DNA of 63,386 bases, filler included, from Rhabdomonas costata (lineage: Eukaryota): NCBI GenBank assembly GCA_019059605.1. It is 48 parts of 48 records of this genome, joined end to end, with 100 filler letters (N's around TTAATTAATTAA, not from the genome) between each part and the next. Parts side by side here need not be neighbours in the genome. Positions count along the whole stretch, not along the records: positions 50,265 to 51,486 come from JAHMHO010023022.1; positions 51,587 to 52,809 come from JAHMHO010023023.1; positions 52,910 to 54,131 come from JAHMHO010023024.1; positions 54,232 to 55,453 come from JAHMHO010023025.1; positions 55,554 to 56,775 come from JAHMHO010023026.1; positions 56,876 to 58,097 come from JAHMHO010023027.1; positions 58,198 to 59,419 come from JAHMHO010023028.1; positions 59,520 to 60,741 come from JAHMHO010023029.1; 40 more parts are not named here. One strand, 5' to 3'. The notes under the pieces are model-generated. The model ran no database searches, was not told the DNA's origin, and saw nothing but the letters and a program-made list of their open reading frames with translations. The stretch's first letter is position 1. Every line of letters begins with the position of its first letter. The position numbers and the translations under genes were made by a program. Positions 50,762-62,064 of this stretch are shown here, one piece after another.

Positions 50762-52205
50762 GTCCAGTTCTCCCCCATAAAGTGTGGTTTGTGGCAAAGA
50801 CCTACTCTGGAATTCTCTAGAAAAGGGAGAGAGACAAAAGTGCACCAGTGATAACCCAGACCTTAGTAAAATTCATGCTGCAAAAAAAAGAGTGCCCCCC
50901 AGTCCCCAATTGTGCTTGCTTACCTTTTTTTCCTTTCTGCGTTCTGGTGGATTGCCTTTTCCTTTCGTCCAAACTGTGAGCACTGCTGTGTGACTCTGCA
51001 ACGACCTCGGTGAAGCGCATAAAGCTGTGTGGGAACAGGAAGTGGTGTTTCAATTTGAATGGTATAGAATTTTAAGGTTCCTCGAAGACAACACAACAAA
51101 CTTGCAGCTTTGTCAAGGGAATGTATTGCCCACAAAAATGTTGCCCTTGTGCATACCCAAGTGCAACATTTTCTGGAAACGCGGGTTGCCGCTCAGGTTG
51201 TGCAGACATTTGTGATTTATACGGTGCACGTACACATCACTCATGGGAGGAGAGTCTCGGCATTCGCTTGTATGCCCTGTCACCCCCACTATTCTGCTGT
51301 TGAGGGATCAGGTGCGGACGTTTCGGTCTGTTCTTTTTTTTGGTGGGGGGGGGGGTTGTTAAGCGATATAGCACCGTTATACGGTATAACGGCGCTACAC
51401 GGTATGACAGTGTCATTCGATATGAGACGTTTTACGGTCATGGAGCGGTATATGAAAAAACGATTTTTGTTTATTCCGTTGTCTTTNNNNNNNNNNNNNN
51501 NNNNNNNNNNNNNNNNNNNNNNNNNNNNNNTTAATTAATTAANNNNNNNNNNNNNNNNNNNNNNNNNNNNNNNNNNNNNNNNNNNNTTTGTGTGTGTGTG
51601 TGTGTGTGTGTGTCGTTATAGAGATTCCGGAGGGGATGTTTCTGTTGGAATGAATACAACCTTCAGTGGACTGGTGAGTGTGATCTGAGTGACTCTTCCT
51701 CCGCGTACTGTCTTCGCGATGAAAGATGGCTTTTCTTGCCGTGAGCCTCCTGATCAGTCCGTTTTATAGGTGCGAGGCAATGAGTTCTGGGGGGGGGTAT
51801 CACGTCCCTGGAAATGATGTCCCATGGTATTGCACGGGTGCGTACAAGAGCACCCTGAAAATCAGATGCTTTTGTTCCATGAAGCTCTCTCCTTCCCTCT
51901 TTTGCTATCATTTTTGTGAGCCGTTTTTCCACCTACCAAAAACAAACAACGCGGGCTGTGGATGTCTCGCCATCATGTTTGAGTGAATGTTGTTGCCTTA
52001 TTATGGGGCGTTTTTGAAAGTAGTGTCCTCGATAAAGGTGCTGTCTACACATCACCGAGTGGTGGCATGCACACAAAACCCACTCCAAGTGATTCTTCTC
52101 GTTTTTTATTCCGTTTTCATTCGACCGAAGATTGTATTGTGGGCTTTCTTGTCGTGCCAGCCCGTGTGTTTGACGGTGTTGCAACCTTAAATGGACAATC
52201 TCAGT

Positions 52206-52805
52206 AATGGGGCTGAGGAGTCAGACGAAGACTCCGAGCTTACCCTAGAGGACGACGCACCTCCTGTTGAAGGACCTTCTGCCCAGTCCGAAGCCACTCC
52301 CCAGGTCACCTTGCATCAAATCGACATGTTCCCTTTTCAATTTACTCTGACCTAAGCATGTATGCTCTTGTTGTTTGCTCAGGTTGAGTCGAAGCCTGAT
52401 CTCGATCCTGCTTTGTTAGCTCATCAATCAGCGCTCTACGTGGGGCGCGTGGGGGAGGGTGATGCATCTGATTATGCAAGGGATGACTGTTATCCCGCCA
52501 TTTCGGTTTCGCCCAGCCAAGTGGAACCTTCTTCCTGCCCCGAGTTGGCTGCAACAGTGGAGGGTCCTTCTGCCTCATATCTGCAGTCACCACACACACC
52601 CGCCAACTCAGGCGGGACTGACGAAGAGACGTACTCCGGAGGAAGTGACGCCTCTTCCGCAAGAAGCTCCCCACATGGTGTTGAGCAGAATGCAGCCTCA
52701 GAAATAATGGGATCTGCTGAAGAGATTCAGCGCCGAGCTATGGAGCTTAGACAGGCGATGACGTTTGCAAGCCCTTCCATCTGCAGTGAGATGGAAGGGC
52801 TTGCA
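52206..52805 (+). CDS. Exons of an acidic Ser/Pro-rich unknown protein (about 52206-52303, 52383 to end)
   Basis: AG/GT-bounded, frame-compatible, low-complexity peptide. Confidence 0.45.
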
Positions 52806-54231
52806 AACCNNNNNNNNNNNNNNNNNNNNNNNNNNNNNNNNNNNNNNNNNNNNTTAATTAATTAANNNNNNNNNNNNNNNNNNNNNNNNNNNNNNNNNNN
52901 NNNNNNNNNTGTTGTGGGTTAGGTTTGCTAAAACTGAACCGAAACTGTACTAAGTTTGATCCGAACACAGTTTTTCCTGGGCAAAGCCGAAGTGGCGGCG
53001 CCTATGATAACCGGTAAGCGATATGGCTCGGGACCGCCAGAGCGACAGGATACTATATCAAGAAAGGGTTTGACTGATATCCTTTTATTCTTTTCGTAGG
53101 CGGTTGGGAAGCGATGCACGTACTCTCTATAAAAAGGCTCACTGCCGGCTTTTATCGGAGGACTCTGAAAAGTCTGCGAATCATAGAAACTTACATCTCC
53201 GTCTGGTCCCTGATGCTACCGCGCGTAGATGGTCAATCTCACTGCCTACAACACCGATTTGTTACCTGTGCGGCCGGGCCGGCGGGGTAGCCAAACCATC
53301 CGCAGCTCTCCGCACCACCGGCGGGCAAGGTACCGCTCCTCACACAATAGGTCGCCGGGCTGGTGAGCCGTAGTGGAGACTGTTTCAAAGGGATCCCCAA
53401 AGTAGGCGCGGGAGGGGCCCCCCACCAGCTCCCCGCAGGCCATACTTGTGACGGAATCATTCCTGGGGACGACGAAAGAGGCCTTGGCGTGGGAAATTGG
53501 CTTTTCGAAAGCATGGGTCCCATTCCACTGAAATACCACATCTCTTTCGCTCACGGAGGAGGGGGGGGGGGTTCTCGGTAGTTTCCACTCGCCTCAAAGA
53601 ATGTGTTTAAAAAAGCAAATACAAACCTGCACAGATGGCTGCACAGTAACATATAACCAACTGCCCAAACACACCTCAACTACACCTCACCCATACAAGT
53701 CGCGGCAGACCCGCCTCTGTAGGCCATGCCGACAAAACGCCAGCGAGGGTTCAACAAACAAAACGAACGGTTTCTTGGGCACTCACATCCCACGAAGGGG
53801 GAAGATGCATAGCCGTTACTCGATTTTAGGAGGCTCGAGGCTCCGCCATTTATAGGCACCTTTCGGAGGGAGGTAAATATCACCCAAACCAACGGCTGAA
53901 GGATTTGCCAGCTCGTTGCTCATGGAATATGATTCCCTGGGCAGAATTTGGGGGTTTCAAAGGCAATTTTTGCTGGGAACCGCGCCATTCGGAATCCAGG
54001 GCGAAGCGGAGAGGTGCAGCTCCAGAGGGATTCACGGGATGCTCGTGTTGTGTGGGAGGTTCTTCTCGGCGAAGAAGAAGAAAAAACACAGGAGCTTTGC
54101 AGAACCACTCAGAGCAAAAACAAGTCAGCAGNNNNNNNNNNNNNNNNNNNNNNNNNNNNNNNNNNNNNNNNNNNNTTAATTAATTAANNNNNNNNNNNNN
54201 NNNNNNNNNNNNNNNNNNNNNNNNNNNNNNN

Positions 54232-55340
54232 TGATGTCGTTGATGACCAACCCGAATATCCAAGTGCTCAAGCTATGACGCCCGGACAGGACGAAGATGA
54301 TGAAGGTGAAAATGACGACGTTTTATCCAAGGTTCCGAGCAAACGGAAGTTCAGATTGGTGATGTTATCAATGATGACGGCCAAAAGCAGAACGAGGTTG
54401 ATGTGATGATGGCCAGGACTTCTCGACAGGTATGGGTGGTTTCGAGTCCCCATCGGAGTCACTCTACCCGTTAGACGGTGAAGTAAGGGTGAGGCCCGCT
54501 GATGTTAACGCGTTAACGGAGGAAGCCGAATCCATTCCCGCACCACCACCAAAAGACGACACTTAAGCTGGCTAAGAGGCAATACACGCGCCAACCTCGC
54601 GCATCTGTAACGCACGCTGTACCGGTTGCCGTGTCGCAACAATCTGTCATCTACCTGACAGGCATGACTGATTACATGCTAACTGATGAACCGAAGATGC
54701 AGATTTACCCCACGAAGGACACCCCAGCGCTTGCCGCCGGGAACGAGCGACCCGCCATAGCACTTTTCACCCCCGAAGATTGTGTATACTTTCGTTTTGT
54801 GCACTTGGTGCAGAAGGGTGAATTGACAAATGTTTCTTTCAAAAGAAAGGTCAACGGACTCGTTGTGATGCTTTCTCCTGATCTACTCAGACAGTTATTT
54901 GAGAAGAGGCGCACTCCATTTGGGGGAGGAAGCTTCACACATTTTTGACCGTGCGACACAAATGGATGTGGTGTTGGACCTTAAGGAACTTTTCTCTTCA
55001 GCAAGTGCCTTGCAGACCATATTTAGGAAGAGCGAAGGCGGGTATTCAAAGGATATGGTTGCTATGAATGTCGCCAATGTCGCGTTGGACAGAAAGTTCT
55101 TTTTGTCAAGTTGCTGATGGCGTGTTGAAGATGTCCATCATGCAAAAGGCCAGAGAAGTCTTCGTTGAGCCAGGAAAGGTCGAGGTCATTCCACCCTATG
55201 CGATAGTACTCGCCGCCACGAATCAGAAAATTTCTTTTGAGAGCAGACGACGGTTCTCTTCTCTGGTGGAGGCGCGTCTTTGTCAGCAACGACAGTATCA
55301 CTCGATGCCTATCGTGAGGGGACGGCCACAACGTAGCATT
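54232..55340 (+). pseudogene. Degraded intronless coding-like region of unknown family
   Basis: Overlapping protein-like segments in successive frames (54631-54948, 54899-55117, 55068-55340) without splice signals. Confidence 0.4.
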
Positions 55341-55555
55341 CCGGCCCGGGAGCCGCTCCTTCTCCGGTCACCGTCACCGCAGATATCCCACTTACGACTC
55401 TTGACGGTGTACTCACAGCTCGACACGTCTTTTCAAAGTGCATGTGCTGTCGTNNNNNNNNNNNNNNNNNNNNNNNNNNNNNNNNNNNNNNNNNNNNTTA
55501 ATTAATTAANNNNNNNNNNNNNNNNNNNNNNNNNNNNNNNNNNNNNNNNNNNNAT

Positions 55556-55563
55556 AAAATTGA
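55556..55563 (+). promoter_or_regulatory. AAAATTGA Mimiviridae early-promoter motif
   Basis: Exact octamer about 54 nt upstream of the ATG at 55617; it overlaps the 16-bp palindrome AATTGAAATTTCAATT. Confidence 0.7.
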
Positions 55564-55616
55564 AATTTCAATTGTTTATGATATAAAATAAAGAGATTAA
55601 ATATTTTAAGTTACAA

Positions 55617-55770
55617 ATGTCTAAAATTACAAATGATCGAGATCTTAAGAAATTATTTCATTCTATTCATGATTATATTCGAAATCATGAAGCTTATTAT
55701 GGAATGACCGCCTTAAAGATATTTAATGTTATATATGCTTTAAAATTACTTGATCCATTAATTACAGATA
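55617..55770 (+). CDS. N-terminus of an HsdM-like / fused type I-IIG N6-adenine methyltransferase, truncated by an inversion junction
   Basis: MSKITNDRDLKKLFHSIHDYIRNHEAYYGMTALKIFNVIYALKLLD fits the HsdM N-terminal helical pattern. From 55771 the sequence is the reverse complement of 55554-55579. Confidence 0.6.
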
Positions 55771-55794
55771 ATAAACAATTGAAATTTCAATTTT

Positions 55795-55825
55795 ATTTAT
55801 TTAAAAATATATTTTTTAAATAAAT
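55795..55825 (-). terminator. 13-bp AT hairpin (ATTTATTTAAAAA-TATAT-TTTTTAAATAAAT), Mimivirus hairpin-rule-like polyadenylation signal
   Basis: Perfect 13-bp stem with a 5-nt loop, 17 nt past the stop at 55843. Confidence 0.55.
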
Positions 55826-55842
55826 ATCTTTTTAATTATTAT

Positions 55843-56765
55843 TTATTGTGTCATTATCAATTTAAGAAGTAAAGAATCATATTCTTCTCCAATTTTTATA
55901 ATTTGTTCTTTAGTTCTGTAAATATAATCAAAACTAAATTCTAATTTATCAATTACATCTTTGTTTTTTGGTATATTTAATTTCAATTCTTCTGGATTTG
56001 TATTTGATATTTCTTTTAGTTTAAAAAGCATCATAATGTAATAAAAATAATGAGTATTTATCTCGTTATTGTTTTTTAATACAAATATATGATCACTTGG
56101 ATATATTTCACCATCTGTTTCATTTTTGGTAATTAAAATATGTTGTTCATCAAATACAAAATGATAAATATATTCAGTATTATCTTCAGTGTCATATTTA
56201 AATATTTTTTTTTATCGTCTGATATTTTATTTTTATCATTTTTTATGTATTTACATATATCTTTTAATTCAATTTCATAACATTCTTCTTTGTTTAAATA
56301 AATATTTTTTATTTTTGTTTGTAATGAATTTTCTAAATAAACTAATAATTGTTTCATATGTTTAACTACATCTTTTCGTAATGTTATATTGGTCATTACA
56401 TCACATAATTTTTCATTACTTACCGGTACTGGAATTTGATATTGTTTAATATTTTCGTCACTTATACTATTTGTTGTTGAACTGTAACATTTTTTATAAA
56501 AATCACTCCAATTCATTTTTATCATATAATAAATGTACTTAGTAAGAATATAATTATTTGTTGTTATTACATGATTTGTACATACAGTTGAAAAATCATC
56601 GTCTAAAAATACATATTCACTTTCAGAATGTCCGATTATAATACATAATTTTCCTCTAATATCTGCACTATTACATTTTAATATTTTTTGATCAGATGAA
56701 TAAAATTTAGATGTTCCATCTTCTGAAGAAAATGAATCTAATCTTTTACTTTTTGGTAAAAATTC
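55843..56765 (-). pseudogene. Type I R-M specificity (HsdS-like, two TRDs) region with two frameshifts; 5' partial; giant-virus type
   Basis: TRD1 FLPKSKR..DGTSKFYSS..CIIIG..TKYIYY..SISDENIKQYQIPVP, a coiled spacer, EIELKDICKY, then TRD2 pieces in shifted frames (FDEQHILITKN; GEIYPSDHIFVLK..INTHYFYY..LKLNIPKNKDVI). Confidence 0.7.
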
Positions 56766-57402
56766 CACAACCCCCNNNNNNNNNNNNNNNNNNNNNNNNN
56801 NNNNNNNNNNNNNNNNNNNTTAATTAATTAANNNNNNNNNNNNNNNNNNNNNNNNNNNNNNNNNNNNNNNNNNNNCTTCCTCGGGATACTAACACTGGCA
56901 TAAGGGTGTGCGTATGATTGTGCACCTAGATTAAAGTTCTGCTCAACAGGTCGTCTTGACTATAATGAGCTCCCACTGCTGAACGCGTATACGAAGAATT
57001 GGAGTTGGCTACGCTTGGGAGTGATATAAAGACTGAAGAAGGGGCACCTTTGTTGGCTTTTCCATTCACGAGGCAGAACAAGAGGAAAGGTGGTGAGGGG
57101 AGGGGAGGTGGTGAATTGATGTGAAATAAACCAACCCCGTAATTTCACATTCACATTTGATTTGGGTGCATGCGAGATATACGATCTGAATACGGAGTTT
57201 CTGGGGTTCTGCGGTTCTAGATCTGTACTGAGAAGAAGTTGTTTTGTTGTGTTTGGTGGGTGGATGGTTACCTGGCATTGGCATATACCACTACTTACTT
57301 AAGCACACAAGTCAGGCGCCACCGAGTCACTCCATGGTGCAGCAGCCGCACTTGAAAGAGGAGGGGAGGAGGGGGGGCAGAGTGGGGGAGAGGGATGCAC
57401 AC

Positions 57403-57891
57403 GGATGCAGCTGCTGCACGTGCGGCACCGCGGCGTCGTTAGAACCCTGGGGCCCCAAAAGAACGTGAAAGACCTGTCCCGTGCCCTCCGTGCCAACCCG
57501 AGAGACAACAGAGGCGGTCAGCAGACCTGAGTTTGAAAGCCAACAAAAACAGGAATGAGCCAAGAAAACAGGTAGGGCGGATCCAAAAAAAAAAGTGTTC
57601 CAAACCTCAAACCTCCCACCGCCCACCTCTCCATCCATATCGCTGAATTGATTGCTACTTCGCCTTTAATAGACTCGGAGGTTCTTCTGCACGCGTTCTC
57701 CAAATCACAACGGTGCGTGAGCACACAACAGTCGGAAATGAAAACGGGAACAACGCTGTTAGTGTTATTGCTGGCTTCCCGCGTGCGCATAGCTCACCGG
57801 AGATTGTGTCCACGACCATCACCCGCACGTCGGAGTGAATGTTGGCGTACGCGAGCAGCTGCGAAAGCGAATCGGAGCGCAGCCCGAGGAC
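57403..57891 (-). CDS. TRMT6: tRNA m1A58 methyltransferase non-catalytic subunit TRM6/GCD10; exons 57891-57798 and 57526 to about 57403
   Basis: VLGLRSDSLSQLLAYANIHSDVRVMVVDTISG|LLTASVVSRVG. Confidence 0.85.
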
Positions 57892-58429
57892 CTGCAAAGA
57901 GTTAGCCAAGACCGAAAATGGGGGGTACAGAAGCTCACCTATACCCCACCTAGGTCCACGACAACCAGCCCCAGCAGCCTGAAGCTAAGGGACCCTCGTT
58001 CAAATACGTTTGTCACAGCAACGGCAAAGGTCCCAGGCTCGACGCAAAGTCACTGACGTTCGGCCTTCACATTACTCGCGGTAAATGACCACACACCNNN
58101 NNNNNNNNNNNNNNNNNNNNNNNNNNNNNNNNNNNNNNNNNTTAATTAATTAANNNNNNNNNNNNNNNNNNNNNNNNNNNNNNNNNNNNNNNNNNNNGTT
58201 TGTGGCTGCCGTTTGATGGAGAAGACTCAAGTAGTTCGGCACGTGGTTCGTTAGTGTGGGAGTTCTTTGAAATTCTCCTCTTGTGGACACAAACAATTTC
58301 ACATGGCGAACATATACGGGAGTCTGGAGTCAAGCAGTGTGGGCACAGGGCTTCTTAGTGGGGATTTAGGGTGGACCCTTCGGGTGGGTAAAGACTGTGC
58401 AAACTATTTGGCGGAGCGTGACACTGCAC

Positions 58430-58675
58430 CTGCTTCACTCTGTTCGGGTCGGCGATGATGACGGCTGGAGTGCTGGGGTGTACCACAAACTCCAGAGTGA
58501 TGCCCAGCCTCCGCGACTCCCCGGTGAACACCGCCCTGAGCCGTTCTATGAGCCTTCCCAAGGGAAAGGGCCGCGGCGCCAGCCCCAGGGTATCCTGCTG
58601 GCACTGCGCCAGGTCTAGGAAGTCTGAGACCAGGTTGGCCATCACTCTGGCGGAGTGCGAAATGATCAGCACCAA
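58430..58675 (-). CDS. Two-component histidine kinase exon (end of HisKA to the N-box approach)
   Basis: IISHSARVMANLVSDFLDLAQ...LAPRPFPL...GITLEFVVHPSTPAVIIADPNRVKQ; CAG acceptor and GTGCAG donor. Confidence 0.88.
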
Positions 58676-59519
58676 CTGAGGCTCCGGGCGAGACGGGTTG
58701 ATAACCTAAGGCAACACAACACAAGGCAGTAGGAATATGAACAGTGAGCAAATTTCAAGTGAACAGGCCTTTCATTCGGAGTATCGGCGAGTGACGGGTG
58801 AGGCGAAAGTTCATGTTCTCCTTCTCCGCAAACGGAGACGGACCCCAGTGCGTGTGCCAATTCATGTGAGTTAGAGACACCCATTGTCCCCTCGGCCCTA
58901 AGAACAGCACTGTACGCCACTGGATAATGGTGAGCCCCCTCACAGCTTGTTCCATCACTCCCGTTTTACTGCACCACTTTGAGCTGGCTTTCACTGCCTC
59001 AGCCACACACGGTTCACCTACACACAGGCAGCTGGTTACCCTACGCCAAAGAAGAAGAAAACAACAGTAGGTGAAACTCTGCCCCGACCCATCCCGCAGG
59101 TGAAACCAACCCAGCCTTTCCCATTCGCAGCCACAACCATACCTCCGCTCAGTATGCCATCTTGTGCGGGGGAAGGTGCCAATGCCTGGTGCTACTGACG
59201 TTGAGGGGGGGGGAACGGTAAACGCTCTCGGGAAATTTAGAAAAAATAAAAAGCCACCACCTGAACTGCCCCAAGAATGGCGTTTAAACTGGTGTTCAGC
59301 TCATGGCTAAGCCGAGACAGCATTGCAACCATCGTGTGTTGGCATGCAATGCCGGACGACTCTTTGTACACAGGAACAGAAGCGACTTCTCGTACAAGCC
59401 GAAGGGTCTCCCGCCAACANNNNNNNNNNNNNNNNNNNNNNNNNNNNNNNNNNNNNNNNNNNNTTAATTAATTAANNNNNNNNNNNNNNNNNNNNNNNNN
59501 NNNNNNNNNNNNNNNNNNN

Positions 59520-60741
59520 GCCAATTTCAAATTGGCAGGACTACTTCAATGACCTTTATGGATGTCACTGAGACTTTGAAGTACCACACTTGTTGTTTCC
59601 ATTATGTCCGCATTTGGGAACATGACCTGATTGTTGTGCAAAAATCGGTGGCCAAGGATATCATTGCGCAGTACCATAACCTTCCTGTTGCAGGACACTG
59701 TCTGCCTGGAGAGGAGGGGGTACAGAATTGAACATCTAAGGAGGATCGCGAGCCGTTATTGCTTGACGTTTGTGGCATGTAAGGAAACGACATGTGGCAG
59801 GAAACCACATGGAAAAATTGGAGATACCCATGAGGCACTGGAAGTCCAATTAATTGAACTGGAAGATGCTGCCGAAGATCAAAACAACACAGGGGAAGAT
59901 TTTTGATCAGGTGCTTACTGTTACTGACATTGCGTCAAAGCAGGTGGTTTTGATTCATGCTCGGACAAATTAAAGGCACAACAAGTGGCATATATCTTTT
60001 GTACAAGGTGGTGCTCCACATTGGATTGCAATCAGGCATCATTTCCGACAGGGAAACAAAGTTCACCAGATCTTTATGGAAGGCGCTGTGCAACATGATG
60101 GAGATCAAGCAGCGCATGACTTCCCACTTTCCGTCCGCAGGCAAATGACGGAAGGGGGAGAACTAACCACACAATGAATCAGGTTCTGCGGACAATTGTA
60201 CTCTCCAAATTGCAGGACTTCAGTGATGGGAGGCTGCCCAACTGTCTTTGACTTCTGGAATTCGCTTAGATTGCCATCATCAATGCCCACCTCGGAGGAG
60301 CAGATCTCAGCCAATACTTCTTAAACCTGGACTACCACACTAGCTTCTTTTCTGACGTCCAGATAACCATAGAAAGCATCATCTTGGCCCTCTGACCCCT
60401 GGAACAGAAGGACGTTGGTCATTACAAGATCAAAAGAAAATCACAAAGAACACATTCGAGATTGAAATCCATGCTCGCATGCGTCCAGTCTTCCATTCCA
60501 GAGATCTGATCCCATTTGAGACGATGGATATAATCAAGCAGGTTGATGGCCCCTTCTTCACGCGGAGGAACAACGGGAACAGTAACAAGCACTGAGTTTT
60601 TCACTAGGAGATTCCAGTGCCCGGTTCACCAACAGCAATCTGTTGATCAGAACTTATAATCTCAGAATGCAACTTCTAAACGTGATGTGGACCAGAAATT
60701 TGATGGAAGCAACCCCCAATGGTACATCAATGCCGTTCATG
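59520..60741 (+). mobile_element. Decayed Ty3/Gypsy LTR-retrotransposon integrase region
   Basis: VVQKSVAKDIIAQYHNLPVAGH (Zn-binding start) and VVLHIGLQSGIISDRETKFTRSLWKALCNMMEIKQRMTS (rve core), broken by stops and frameshifts. Confidence 0.88.
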
Positions 60742-61841
60742 NNNNNNNNNNNNNNNNNNNNNNNNNNNNNNNNNNNNNNNNNNNNTTAATTAATTAANNN
60801 NNNNNNNNNNNNNNNNNNNNNNNNNNNNNNNNNNNNNNNNNGTGGGGGTTTTGTGCTGGCTGCGTTGGTTCCTCTATGTGTCCTGTATGGTATGCGTGGT
60901 CTTCATGGCTTTGTGTGTGTTCATGCTTATGTTGATGTTGTCTCTGTGTCTGCGCATTCTGCGTGTGTTGATCTTCATGCTACTTTGTGTACTTACTTTG
61001 AGTGTGTGACCTCTGCATCACGTTAGTGTGTTCTCTGTGTGTTGAATCCAGTTATGTTTCTTGCATCTGTGTGATTAGTGACCTTGATGCTACTGTTGTA
61101 TTTCCTGACTTAAGCGCGGGTTGTTGCCTCTCCACATCTCTGCATCTGCAGATGTGTTGCCGTGACATCTATGCCTTGACGTGTGTCTCTAGCAACCTGG
61201 ATGCATTCCACGTGAATCCTAACTGTGTGCGTATTCCTGCCGCTTCTTTGCGTTTTGGTGATCTTAAATTTGTAATGAGCAACCATGATGCTAGTGTTGA
61301 CAATTACGCCTATCCCGGGAGTTCCAAATCTCAGTTACCAGGTATCTTAATGCGCATTCTAGCCTCTTTACGTGCGGTGATTCTAGATCCTTACCTCTGA
61401 CTCTGATTCAACAATGGTAGTAGAATACCAGCTACTGATGCTGATAATGTTTTTGAAGTTCGTTTCATACCAAAATGTTACAATGTTGGATTGAGCATTT
61501 AATTCCCGGTGGTGATGATGCTGATGAGTACATAGTGATACGTGATGGCATGAGTGACAGAGACTCAGCATGACCCTAGCGTGAGATCTGCTACCTTTTC
61601 ATCCACCGTGACATCCACCACACTTTGGTGCATTTTAACCTCCCATAATATATCCGCGAGTGAGTGAGTGAGCACAATATACGCACCAACCAACCACTGA
61701 TTCATTCACTAATCCACCTTACGTACAACTCCACTCTGATGCATAAACACTAGCTACATCAAATCATTCATTACCCATTACAAACTAACAACCACATTCA
61801 AGAACACTACCGCACACTACCACATACCGTACAAATGACTA

Positions 61842-62064
61842 ACACCACACCACACCACACCACACCACACCACACCACACCACACCACACCACACCACAC
61901 CACAACCATAGCACCACACCAGTATACAAACTAACACAACTCCACTCCACTCCACTCCACTCCACTCCACTCCACTCCACTCCACTCCACTCCACTCCAC
62001 TCCACTCCACTCCACTCCACTCCACTCCACTCCACTCCACTCCACTCCACTCCACTCCACTCCA
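61842..62064 (+). repeat. Adjacent pentamer arrays (ACACC)n at 61842-61903 and (ACTCC)n at 61939-62064
   Basis: Directly visible; they explain the EWSGV/HSTPL ORFs. Confidence 0.95.
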
